A DNA stretch of 64,000 nucleotides. Source: Bacteroidota bacterium (lineage in GTDB: Bacteria > Bacteroidota > Bacteroidia > NS11-12g > UBA955). Position numbers and translations under genes: made by a program. Below the pieces are notes generated by a model. It saw nothing but the letters and a program-made list of their open reading frames with translations. It did not search any database and was not told where the DNA came from. Within the stretch, counting starts at the first letter, position 1. Each line of letters starts with the position of its first letter. Below, one piece after another: positions 46,546 through 54,828 of the stretch. The stretch covers positions 4,050 to 68,049 of the forward strand of contig VGFS01000004.1 of NCBI GenBank assembly GCA_016868785.1. The letters are read 5' to 3'.

Positions 46546-47625
46546 ATGGAACAGTCAGCGACGGGTGCAAATATACAACAGGGGATGGCGATTTATCGTA
46601 GGCCTCAGTCTACATTGCCGGAATTTTGCGTGGGCGGTTGGCACAGGACTGAAGTTGTGTCGCTGGCTTGTGATGCGGCGTTCTGTTTGCATCCTTTTGC
46701 GTGGGATGCGCCTGTGGAGTATTTGTTGGGTGAGTCAACGGGTGCGGGATGGGAGGCGTGTGAACGGGTTTGGAGCGATGGTTTTTCTGCGATGCCGGTT
46801 GGGGTGATGCCGGTGACAACCACCCAAGAAGCGTTTAATGAGGAGGTTTTGGGTATACAGGCGGCCATTGAAAGGCAGGCGTTGCAAAAGGCGGTGGCGG
46901 CCCGTGTGGTTGCGGTGGAGAGGCCTCTTTCAGGTACTCAAATTTGGCAGGCGTTCCAGGCAATGCATGAAGCGTATTCAAACGCATTTGTGTTTTTAAC
47001 CATACACCCAATTTGGGGATGTTGGATGGGCGCTACGCCGGAAACGCTGTTGCGGGTTGAGGGCGGGGAGGGCAGTGTAATGTCGTTGGCTGGTACGTTA
47101 ACAAAGGATCAATTGGGGTGGACAAACAAAGAGGCGTTGGAACAATCGGTGACGAGTTTGTTTATACGAAATGTGTTGGAGGAGGCGGGTGTGATCGGGG
47201 CGAGAGAGTCTTCGGTGGGAGAATTACAAATGGGGGATGTAAAACATTTGATGTCGGAGTGGCGCTTCAAACTCCCCTTTGTATCAGTTTTGTTGGATGG
47301 GGAAAATCATCGTGCGGGATGGGGTGTTGTGGATTCTCTGCTCACGCGGTTGCATCCGACGCCGGCGGTGGGTGGCTATCCTCAGAAGGCGGCCTTGGAT
47401 TGGTTGGCTGCGCACGAGGGGTTTGACCGTTCACTTTATACGGGGTATGTGGGCGTGCGGGGTATCGCCGATATCCATGTCTTTGTTACTTTGCGATGTG
47501 CTCAATTGTTCACCAATGGGTATGCGTTGTATGCGGGTTGTGGGGTAAATGCGGGTTCAGATCCGGCGGTAGAATGGGGGGAAACGGCGGCCAAAATGGA
47601 TTTATTGGATCGCTATTTACGTTAG
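46546..47625 (+). CDS. menF: Isochorismate synthase-like chorismate-binding enzyme
   Basis: Motifs KAVAAR, GATPETLL, LHPTPAVGG, DRSLYTGY, VTLRCA and YAGCG; substrate specificity not certain. Confidence 0.78.
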   Translation: MEQSATGANIQQGMAIYRRPQSTLPEFCVGGWHRTEVVSLACDAAFCLHPFAWDAPVEYLLGESTGAGWEACERVWSDGFSAMPVGVMPVTTTQEAFNEEVLGIQAAIERQALQKAVAARVVAVERPLSGTQIWQAFQAMHEAYSNAFVFLTIHPIWGCWMGATPETLLRVEGGEGSVMSLAGTLTKDQLGWTNKEALEQSVTSLFIRNVLEEAGVIGARESSVGELQMGDVKHLMSEWRFKLPFVSVLLDGENHRAGWGVVDSLLTRLHPTPAVGGYPQKAALDWLAAHEGFDRSLYTGYVGVRGIADIHVFVTLRCAQLFTNGYALYAGCGVNAGSDPAVEWGETAAKMDLLDRYLR

Positions 47626-47674
47626 AAGCGCAAGTGCTTAAGATTTTATCGAACAGCGAAAATTGCAGCTGACA

Positions 47675-47707
47675 ATCGCCCGAATATCGCCCGGATATCG
47701 CCCGGAA
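47675..47707. repeat. Three tandem 11-bp repeats ATCGCCCGRAW in an intergenic region
   Basis: ATCGCCCGAAT-ATCGCCCGGAT-ATCGCCCGGAA. Confidence 0.85.
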
Positions 47708-47732
47708 GCGGCCCAAAAATCGTTCGAAAAAA

Positions 47733-48656
47733 TTATCGGAAAATGGTGGGGTTGGGAATGCCTTGGCCAAAATCGGTGGCTTCGAGGGCTTCTTTGGTAA
47801 AAATTCCGCGCTTGGAGGGTTTGTATCCCGAGTAATCTCCGGTAGGAATGTAGTAGTAAACGTTGCCATCGGCGGAGGGGAAGGCGGGACCTATTTCGTC
47901 GAACACGATGGTCTTTTGCTCCTCTTCGTAGCGCATCAATATGCGGGATGATTTGTGGTATTCGAAGACTACGCGATAATCTTCGGAGGGGTCTTCGAGT
48001 CCATCGCGAAACAACGGCGCACCCCAAACGGGCTTCATGGCATTGGGCTCTGACGATTCTTCGTCTTTTTCGAAACTGAGTACGTCAATGACGGAGCGGT
48101 TAGAATTGGTGTTGTGGCCATCGAACAGCATCACAATGTAATACGGTTTCGTTTTCACTTTGTGGGGGAACAGCTGATAGCAAAGTCCACCAATCCACTG
48201 GTTGTTTTCCAGGGTGGTTTCTTTGACATCTTTGGGTAGGCCTTGGGCGGTGTCGTGCAGGGTATACAGGGCGATGCCGTTCTTGGTTTTTCTTTGAATA
48301 AGGCCGTATTGGTGGAATACGCCATTTTGGAGTATGATGTTGAAGGTGAACAGTTTTACATCGGCTTTTGGATGCGCTGCGATGGCCACCGTACTCATTC
48401 TCAAGTTGGCGAATTCATGATCAAAAGAAGCGGGATTGGAGAGTACTTCCTGTAGTCGTTGCATCAACAGATCGGCCGCGGCAAATTTGGCTGAATCCGT
48501 TTTTGAAGCGATGACCCATGGGGCGATTGAAAGCAGGCTGTCTTCCTCTTCTGCCATGGAAGGGGCTATATTCTGACCTTGTGCCTGATTCGAGGCGAAC
48601 AGGCACAGGGTCAGCAGCAGTGAAAATAAATGGATCAATGATTTTTTACACCGCAT
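47733..48656 (-). CDS. Conserved exported Bacteroidota hypothetical protein
   Basis: Signal peptide, then KLFTFN, WIGGLCY and IVFD..GP...YYYIPTGDY patterns. Confidence 0.75.
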   Translation of the reverse strand: MRCKKSLIHLFSLLLTLCLFASNQAQGQNIAPSMAEEEDSLLSIAPWVIASKTDSAKFAAADLLMQRLQEVLSNPASFDHEFANLRMSTVAIAAHPKADVKLFTFNIILQNGVFHQYGLIQRKTKNGIALYTLHDTAQGLPKDVKETTLENNQWIGGLCYQLFPHKVKTKPYYIVMLFDGHNTNSNRSVIDVLSFEKDEESSEPNAMKPVWGAPLFRDGLEDPSEDYRVVFEYHKSSRILMRYEEEQKTIVFDEIGPAFPSADGNVYYYIPTGDYSGYKPSKRGIFTKEALEATDFGQGIPNPTIFR

Positions 48657-48671
48657 AGGGGAGTTTTGGGT

Positions 48672-49850
48672 TTAGCAGTTTTCAACCACAACGGCACTGG
48701 CACCACCGCCACCATTACAGATGGCTGCGCCGCCGTACTTTCCGTTGTTTTGCTTGAGTACATGCAACAATGTTACCAGAATCCGTGCTCCTGATGCACC
48801 CAATGGATGTCCCAAAGCCACCGCACCGCCGTTCACATTGACTTTGCTTGCATCGAGGTTCAACAGTTTGTTGTTGGCCAAGGATACAACGGAGAAAGCT
48901 TCATTTAATTCTACGTAATCCAAATCGGCAACGGAAATTCCAGCGCGTTGCGCTGCGATGGGCAGGGCTTTTGCTGGGGTGGTGGTAAACCACTCTGGAC
49001 TTTGTTCGGCATCGGCGAAACCGGTGAGTTTAGCCAAAGGCGTCAATCCCAATTCTTTGCATTTTTCTCCACTCACCAACACCAAGGCTGCACCACCGTC
49101 ATTGATGGTAGAGGCGTTGGCGGCAGTTACGGTGCCGTCTTTTTGGAAAACGGGACGCAAACCGGGGATTTTGTCGAAACTTACATTTTTATATTCTTCA
49201 TCCTCGTTTACTACCACTTCCCCTTTGCGGGTTTGGATGGTTACAGGTACAATTTCGTCGTTGAATTTGCCTGCTTTCCATGCCTCAGCAGCACGGGTGT
49301 AGCTTTGGATGGCGTATTGGTCTTGTTCTTCGCGGGTGAAGTTCATTTCTTTGGCGCACAATTCTGCGCAGGTGCCCATCAACGATTTGTCGTAGGCGTC
49401 TGTGAGACCGTCTTGCACGATACCGTCGAGAGCTTGAATGTGTCCGTAGCGATATCCTCCGCGAGAGTTTGGCAAATAGTGGGGCGTCAAACTCATGTTT
49501 TCCATACCACCGGCAACTACGATATCGTTCAGTCCCAGCATGATACTTTGCGCAGCCAATGAAACAGTTTTCAAACCACTGGCGCACACTTTGTTGATGG
49601 TGGTTGCAGGCACATGGTCACCAATTCCTGCAAATTTCGAGGCTTGTCGGGCAGGCGCCTGACCCACTCCGGCTTGCAATACACAACCCATGAATACTTC
49701 ATTGACCTGGTTGGGGTCGATTCCGGCTTTTTCGAGGGCTCCTTTGATGGCGATGGCGCCCAACTGGGTAGCGGGGACGCTTGAAAGTGCCCCATTAAAA
49801 CTCCCCATGGGGGTTCTGGCGGCGGCTACGATGAAAACTTCTTTTGTCAT
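48672..49850 (-). CDS. Acetyl-CoA C-acetyltransferase (thiolase II)
   Basis: Motifs NKVCASG, NEAF, GHPLGASG and ICNGGGG; ATG 49850. Confidence 0.96.
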   Translation of the reverse strand: MTKEVFIVAAARTPMGSFNGALSSVPATQLGAIAIKGALEKAGIDPNQVNEVFMGCVLQAGVGQAPARQASKFAGIGDHVPATTINKVCASGLKTVSLAAQSIMLGLNDIVVAGGMENMSLTPHYLPNSRGGYRYGHIQALDGIVQDGLTDAYDKSLMGTCAELCAKEMNFTREEQDQYAIQSYTRAAEAWKAGKFNDEIVPVTIQTRKGEVVVNEDEEYKNVSFDKIPGLRPVFQKDGTVTAANASTINDGGAALVLVSGEKCKELGLTPLAKLTGFADAEQSPEWFTTTPAKALPIAAQRAGISVADLDYVELNEAFSVVSLANNKLLNLDASKVNVNGGAVALGHPLGASGARILVTLLHVLKQNNGKYGGAAICNGGGGASAVVVENC

Positions 49851-49864
49851 GAACACGAACTTTA

Positions 49865-49872
49865 CAAAGATA
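49865..49872 (-). promoter_or_regulatory. -7 element (TATCTTTG) for the thiolase gene
   Basis: Exact match 14 nt upstream of the ATG; supports the 49850 start over the long ORF extension. Confidence 0.65.
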
Positions 49873-49958
49873 CGGGATTGCAGATAATCGGTCTCAATTG
49901 GGCTTGGGTTAATGACCTTGGGAGATAAAGGATTAGTTTTGTATTGAAATTTTTGGAC

Positions 49959-50633
49959 ATGATTGTTTTGATTGAGTCTTCGGCGGAATTCCCATCTGTG
50001 GCGGTTTGCGATGGTGGGGGTGTGGTGTTGTGGAACGAGGTAGGTGAAGACCGGCAATCTCATGCTGAAAAGTTGCCGATGATGGTACAGCGGGCGGTGG
50101 CTTTTATTGGGTCATCGGGAGGTGCTGTGCAGGCGGTGGGATTTCAGGAGGGGCCAGGAAGTTACACGGGATTGCGGATTGGTGTAAGTTTGGCCAAGGG
50201 GCTGTGTTATGGTTTCAATGTGCCGTTGATAGCGGTGTCGGGGTTTGCCTGTTTGGGTGCCGAGGCTTTGGAGCGATATCCTCAATGTTCAGAGGCTTGG
50301 GTGATGTTGGATGCCCGCAGGGATGAGGTGTACGCGTTGAAATGCACAAGGCATGGTGGGGCAGAGGGGTTGGTACGTGCCGAGATTTTGCCTTCATCGG
50401 GGGTTGCTGATTTTGGATCGCACACGGTATTTGTAGGCAATGCCAACGAAAAGGTGAAGCGTTTGTTGGGGGCTGAAGAGGCTGTATATTGGGATGAATC
50501 GCCCCTGGCGGCGCAAATGTCCACGGTGGCTGCGGGGAATTTGGCGTTGGGGAAATTTGTGGATGTGGCGTATTACGAGCCATTTTATTTGAAAGATTTC
50601 GTGGCTGGGGTGAGCAAAAAATTTAGTTTGTGA
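49959..50633 (+). CDS. tsaB: tRNA threonylcarbamoyladenosine biosynthesis protein TsaB
   Basis: Motifs HAEKL, GPGSYTGLRIG, DARRDEVY and YEPFYLK. Confidence 0.93.
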   Translation: MIVLIESSAEFPSVAVCDGGGVVLWNEVGEDRQSHAEKLPMMVQRAVAFIGSSGGAVQAVGFQEGPGSYTGLRIGVSLAKGLCYGFNVPLIAVSGFACLGAEALERYPQCSEAWVMLDARRDEVYALKCTRHGGAEGLVRAEILPSSGVADFGSHTVFVGNANEKVKRLLGAEEAVYWDESPLAAQMSTVAAGNLALGKFVDVAYYEPFYLKDFVAGVSKKFSL

Positions 50634-50639
50634 GGGGGT

Positions 50640-51299
50640 ATGCGGGTTTTGTTCATCGATAATTTAGACAGTTTTACATTCAACTTGGTGCATTGTTTGG
50701 AGGTGGGCGGAGCGCGGGTGGAGGTTTTGCGCAACGAGGGTGAGGATTGGCCTGGGTTGTCAGAAAAAATGGCAATGTGTGATGCATGGGCGGTCGGCCC
50801 GGGACCGGGCCGACCGCAAGACTACCCACATTTGCTGCGGGCCATCAAAACCTACTTGGGTAAAAAACCTTTGCTGGGGATTTGCCTCGGACACCAAGCC
50901 ATCGCCCAGGTTTGTTGTTGGGACATCGTTCATGCGCATTTTCCCATGCATGGCAAGCCCTCGCTGATAGAGCATAACGGACAAGGTCTGTTCGAAAACC
51001 TACCCCAAAACTTGCAGGTGGGTCGTTATCATTCTTTGGTTGTTACAGAAAAGCAAACCGTATCGACCATTGAAGCGACGATACCCCCAAAAACTGCGGA
51101 AAACAGTGCGGAGAGGCCCATTGCTTTACAGGTGGATGCGCGTTGCGAAGGCGAAGTCATGGCCTTGAGCAATTCCGCTTATGGGGTTTGGGCTGTGCAG
51201 TTTCACCCGGAGAGTGTGCTTACACCGGACGGACAATCAATGATCGAGAAATGGTTGGCGTTGGCGATGAATTTTCGCGCTACTGAGCGGCCTGTTTAA
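50640..51299 (+). CDS. Class I glutamine amidotransferase, anthranilate/aminodeoxychorismate synthase component II
   Basis: Motifs IDNLDSFTFNL, GPGPG, GICLGHQ, GRYHSL and QFHPES; trpG versus pabA cannot be resolved. Confidence 0.9.
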   Translation: MRVLFIDNLDSFTFNLVHCLEVGGARVEVLRNEGEDWPGLSEKMAMCDAWAVGPGPGRPQDYPHLLRAIKTYLGKKPLLGICLGHQAIAQVCCWDIVHAHFPMHGKPSLIEHNGQGLFENLPQNLQVGRYHSLVVTEKQTVSTIEATIPPKTAENSAERPIALQVDARCEGEVMALSNSAYGVWAVQFHPESVLTPDGQSMIEKWLALAMNFRATERPV

Positions 51300-53049
51300 C
51301 GGCTTCGGCAATGTCTTTGGGCGAATAGCCACACAAGAGATATAAATCTTCTTCGTTGTTTCCGTGTTCTATAAATGCTGCAGGGATGCCTAAGTGTAGG
51401 ACTTTACAATCTTTTCGATGCTCGATTTTCGCCGCGATTGACTGTCCCCATCCCCCTTGAATGCATCCATCTTCAACGGTGATGATTTGTTCATAGCCAA
51501 TTACATTGATGATGCCCTTTTCGATGTGGTCGGCCGTTTGGCTCACCATGGCACAATGGATATGATCGAAGGGTATGTTTGTGAGCAAAGAATGTGCTTC
51601 GAGGCAAAGATTGCTGGCACGGCCAGTGCTTATCAATAAGATTCGGGCTGAATCGGCGTGATGCAAACGTTGAGGTTTGAGCGCGTAATGTGGTTGATTT
51701 CTTGCGTTTTTATCCCAGGTTGACTCGGCGATGTTTCCCTTAGGGTATCGGATAGCCACCGGTTTTTTGGCATCGATGCCATATTGGAGAGCGGCAGCGA
51801 GCTCATTAGCGTTTCTGGGTGCAATCAGGGTTGTGTTGGGGATGCATAGTAAGAAGGCAATGTCGAAGGCTCCGTGATGGGTTGGGCCATCTTCGCCCAC
51901 CAGTCCAGCGCGGTCGATACACAGAATCACGGGTAAGTTTTGCAGGGCGATATCGTGAATGTATTGGTCGTATCCGCGTTGCAAAAACGACGAATAAATA
52001 TTCACTACTGGGATTAGGCCTTGGGTTGACATACCCGCAGCGAAGGTGAGTGCGTGTTGTTCTGCGATACCTACATCTAAAAAGCGATCAGGAAACTGAT
52101 TCATGGCGTGAATCATACCACAGGATGATGGCATGGCTGGCGTTATTCCGGCGAGATTAGGGTATTCATTGGCCAGCTCTAGCAGTAAATCTCCGAAAAC
52201 ATCTTGCCACTTTCTGGCTGGCTTGGTAGGTGCTTCGATTTTAACATACTTCGCGGCACTGTGCCATTTGGTTTGTTCTTTTTCAGCTGCGGGGTATCCT
52301 TTTCCTTTGATGGTTTTGATGTGTAATAACTTTGGACCGGGCTGCTGATAGAGATTTCCCAGGGCGGTAAGCAGTTCTGGCAGGTTGTGTCCATCTACAG
52401 GGCCTTGGTAGGCGAGTCCAAACCACTCAAACCACGTTTTGACGCCGGTGGGGTTTGTTTGCAATTGGGTGTTGAGTGCGCCGGTATTCGGATCTATACC
52501 CATTTGGTTGTCGTTGAGAATAACCAAAACATTCAGGTTCGACTCGAATAGGTTGTTGAGCGCCTCGTAGGAAAGCCCGGCCGTTAAGGCGCCATCGCCA
52601 ACCACGGCCACGAAGGTGGGCATAGGGGTTGGTTGGGCCGTTGTTTTTGCCAGGATGTTGTGGGCAGCGGCCATGCCCATGGCCGCGGATATCGCCGTAC
52701 TAGAGTGACCTGTGCCGAAGGCATCGTATTCACTTTCCTCTATTTTGGGAAATCCAGAAATGCCTTTGAATGATCGTATGCTCCGGAGTTGGTCTCGCCT
52801 GCCCGTGAGTACTTTGTGGGGATAGGCTTGATGACCAACGTCCCACACAATGGCGTCGTGGGGAAAGTTGAGTGTGTGGTGTAAGGCCACGGTGAGTTCG
52901 ATAACCCCCAAATTGGATGAAAAATGTCCGCCCGATTCCAACACAGACTGGGTTACAAAATCTCTGAGTTCGTCGCACAGCGTTTGTAGTTCATTGTGAG
53001 GCAATTTTTTGATTTCGTTTGGATTGGATATTTGAGGTAGGAGTTTCAA
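51280..53049 (-). CDS. dxs: 1-deoxy-D-xylulose-5-phosphate synthase, short form
   Basis: Motifs GGHFSSNLG, WDVGHQ, GHSSTAIS, GDGA...NDN, DVGIAEQH and DGPTHHG. Confidence 0.94.
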   Translation of the reverse strand: MKLLPQISNPNEIKKLPHNELQTLCDELRDFVTQSVLESGGHFSSNLGVIELTVALHHTLNFPHDAIVWDVGHQAYPHKVLTGRRDQLRSIRSFKGISGFPKIEESEYDAFGTGHSSTAISAAMGMAAAHNILAKTTAQPTPMPTFVAVVGDGALTAGLSYEALNNLFESNLNVLVILNDNQMGIDPNTGALNTQLQTNPTGVKTWFEWFGLAYQGPVDGHNLPELLTALGNLYQQPGPKLLHIKTIKGKGYPAAEKEQTKWHSAAKYVKIEAPTKPARKWQDVFGDLLLELANEYPNLAGITPAMPSSCGMIHAMNQFPDRFLDVGIAEQHALTFAAGMSTQGLIPVVNIYSSFLQRGYDQYIHDIALQNLPVILCIDRAGLVGEDGPTHHGAFDIAFLLCIPNTTLIAPRNANELAAALQYGIDAKKPVAIRYPKGNIAESTWDKNARNQPHYALKPQRLHHADSARILLISTGRASNLCLEAHSLLTNIPFDHIHCAMVSQTADHIEKGIINVIGYEQIITVEDGCIQGGWGQSIAAKIEHRKDCKVLHLGIPAAFIEHGNNEEDLYLLCGYSPKDIAEAVKQAAQ

Positions 53050-53071
53050 TTTTTTTGGGAGCGCTGAGACA

Positions 53072-53079
53072 CAAAAATA
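53072..53079 (-). promoter_or_regulatory. -7 element (TATTTTTG) for dxs
   Basis: Exact match 22 nt upstream of the TTG start. Confidence 0.55.
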
Positions 53080-53253
53080 GGGTGAATTGTTGAGTGAATG
53101 TGCTCGTGAATTTGTGGATGAACGTATTGGTTTTATCGATGAATTTAATAAGTAGTACTAAAATTCAAATAAAAGTTGTCATATTAATTGATAAAATCAA
53201 TAAAAATAGACGAAAAAATTGCAATTAAATTTGGATTGATATTCTCGCTTTTT

Positions 53254-53261
53254 GTAATTTT
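53254..53261 (+). promoter_or_regulatory. -7 element (TAATTTTG) for the AT-hook protein gene
   Basis: Exact match in the AT-rich region, followed by an inverted repeat at 53271-53296. Confidence 0.65.
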
Positions 53262-53316
53262 GCAACATTAAAACAAAATTTATTTACATTTTGTTTCACA
53301 CTGTATCACATTAAAC

Positions 53317-53943
53317 ATGGAAAATTTAGATCAAACTATCGTGTCGGCCCCCAAAAAAAGGGGCAGAAAGCCAGGTTCGAAGAACAAGGTAAAATCAAAA
53401 AGATCATCAAAAAAGGTTTCTTACTTGAGTGCCTTTTCTATTTTGGAGCAAGAAATTCATTCATTGTCTGAGGCTTTGAAAAAAGCCATGGTAAAAGCGG
53501 AGAAAGAAGTTGAGAAGTTGGAGAAAAAACAATCACGCGAATTAGAGAAGTTGAAAGTAAAGGCTGCCAAGTCGTTGGCTTTGTGGAAGGCTCGTGCAAA
53601 GGCAAACTTGAAAAAGGGAAGGGTAAGTACTGGAAAGCGCGGTCGTCCGGCTAAACCCAAGGCGGAAAAAGAGGCAGCTCGCAAAGGTAGACCCCCAAAA
53701 ACAGGTTATCGCAAGGGTGGAGGACGTAGAAAGGCGGGTGAGCTAACCAAGAAAAACATCATCTTGAATTATGTCAAAGAAATCAATCAACCCATTGCAT
53801 CGGGTGCTTTGATTGGTGCTTTGTATGAGCGTAGTGGAGAGCGCGAAAAAAAGCGTTTTTATCAGGGTATGTATACCACACTGACGCAGATGTACAAAGC
53901 TGGGTTGCTGAAAAAAGACGGCAGTATCGTTTCTCTGCCATAA
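53317..53943 (+). CDS. Lys/Arg-rich putative DNA-binding protein (AT-hook-like motifs, coiled coil, possible winged helix)
   Basis: KRGRKP, KRGRP and KGRPP motifs; heptad-like helical stretch; C-terminal IILNYVKE...LTQMYKAGLLKK. Confidence 0.8.
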   Translation: MENLDQTIVSAPKKRGRKPGSKNKVKSKRSSKKVSYLSAFSILEQEIHSLSEALKKAMVKAEKEVEKLEKKQSRELEKLKVKAAKSLALWKARAKANLKKGRVSTGKRGRPAKPKAEKEAARKGRPPKTGYRKGGGRRKAGELTKKNIILNYVKEINQPIASGALIGALYERSGEREKKRFYQGMYTTLTQMYKAGLLKKDGSIVSLP

Positions 53944-53955
53944 AAATTTGAATAC

Positions 53956-54801
53956 CTACCCGTTGGGTAGTGCGATCGCGTAAACAAAGCGGGGGTTGTC
54001 GGAGAGATCTCTAATGACTTCCGCCGACGCGAAGGGTGCGAAGAGTTCTCTTGTTTCTTCGGCCAAGTATTGGTTAATCTCCAACCATATGTACAACGGG
54101 GTTTGTCTCCTACTGCACTCGTTATCGCAGAGTGTGGCCAATTTTCGATAAAAAATCAACGGGTCGTTTTCGGGTGTAAACAGGGCCAGATGCGGTTCAT
54201 GTTGCAGCACACCCTGATGCATGCTTGTTGCTTCATCGAGTTTTACATAAGGGGGATTGGAAACCAAAAGGTCTATGTTGGCGGGCAATTCGGACCATGA
54301 CAGCACATCGCTGTGCTTCAGTTGAATGCGCGTTTGCACCCCTGTGTGAAAGGCATTTTCCGCGGCAATATCCAAGGCGTCTTCGCTCACATCTACGGCA
54401 GTGAATGTCCAATAGTGGTTTTCATGCAGCAGGTACATGGGAATACAACCGCTGCCTGTTCCAATGTCTATTCCCCGCAAGTTGGCGCCGTTGGTGCGCT
54501 GCATCTCCCCTTTTTTTTGTCCAATGAGGTAGCACATTTCCTCGGTTTCTGGTCGGGGAATGAGGGTAGCGGGCGTAACTTTTAGGGTAAGGGGTCCGAA
54601 AAAGGCGGCTTCAAAAATGTATTGAATGGGAACATTCTTGCAGAGTTTCTCACAGATCTCTGTCAGTTCAACCTGGGCTTGGGTTTCGGATAGTTCTATG
54701 CAGTGTGGTACAACCCAAAAGCCAAAGGCGTGGATCTCTTCATTGGTGAACTGATGCCCCAGCGCTTGTGCTAAGTGGTTTTTGATGGTTTGTGTTTCCA
54801 T
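53956..54801 (-). CDS. prmC: Release factor glutamine methyltransferase
   Basis: Motifs PIQYI, LIPRPETEE, DIGTGSG and NPPY. Confidence 0.93.
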   Translation of the reverse strand: METQTIKNHLAQALGHQFTNEEIHAFGFWVVPHCIELSETQAQVELTEICEKLCKNVPIQYIFEAAFFGPLTLKVTPATLIPRPETEEMCYLIGQKKGEMQRTNGANLRGIDIGTGSGCIPMYLLHENHYWTFTAVDVSEDALDIAAENAFHTGVQTRIQLKHSDVLSWSELPANIDLLVSNPPYVKLDEATSMHQGVLQHEPHLALFTPENDPLIFYRKLATLCDNECSRRQTPLYIWLEINQYLAEETRELFAPFASAEVIRDLSDNPRFVYAIALPNG

Positions 54802-54828
54802 GGCGGTGAAGCGCTTGGGCTCGGTGTT

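Noticed and set aside
47638-48027. 129-aa Arg-rich minus-strand ORF across the tandem repeat
   Set aside because: Overlaps a real gene in another frame and is low complexity
49851-50063. In-frame upstream extension of the thiolase ORF (also for pdhC, dusB, pyrH, panD, rplM and the CPBP gene)
   Set aside because: Promoter elements and family N-termini support the downstream starts
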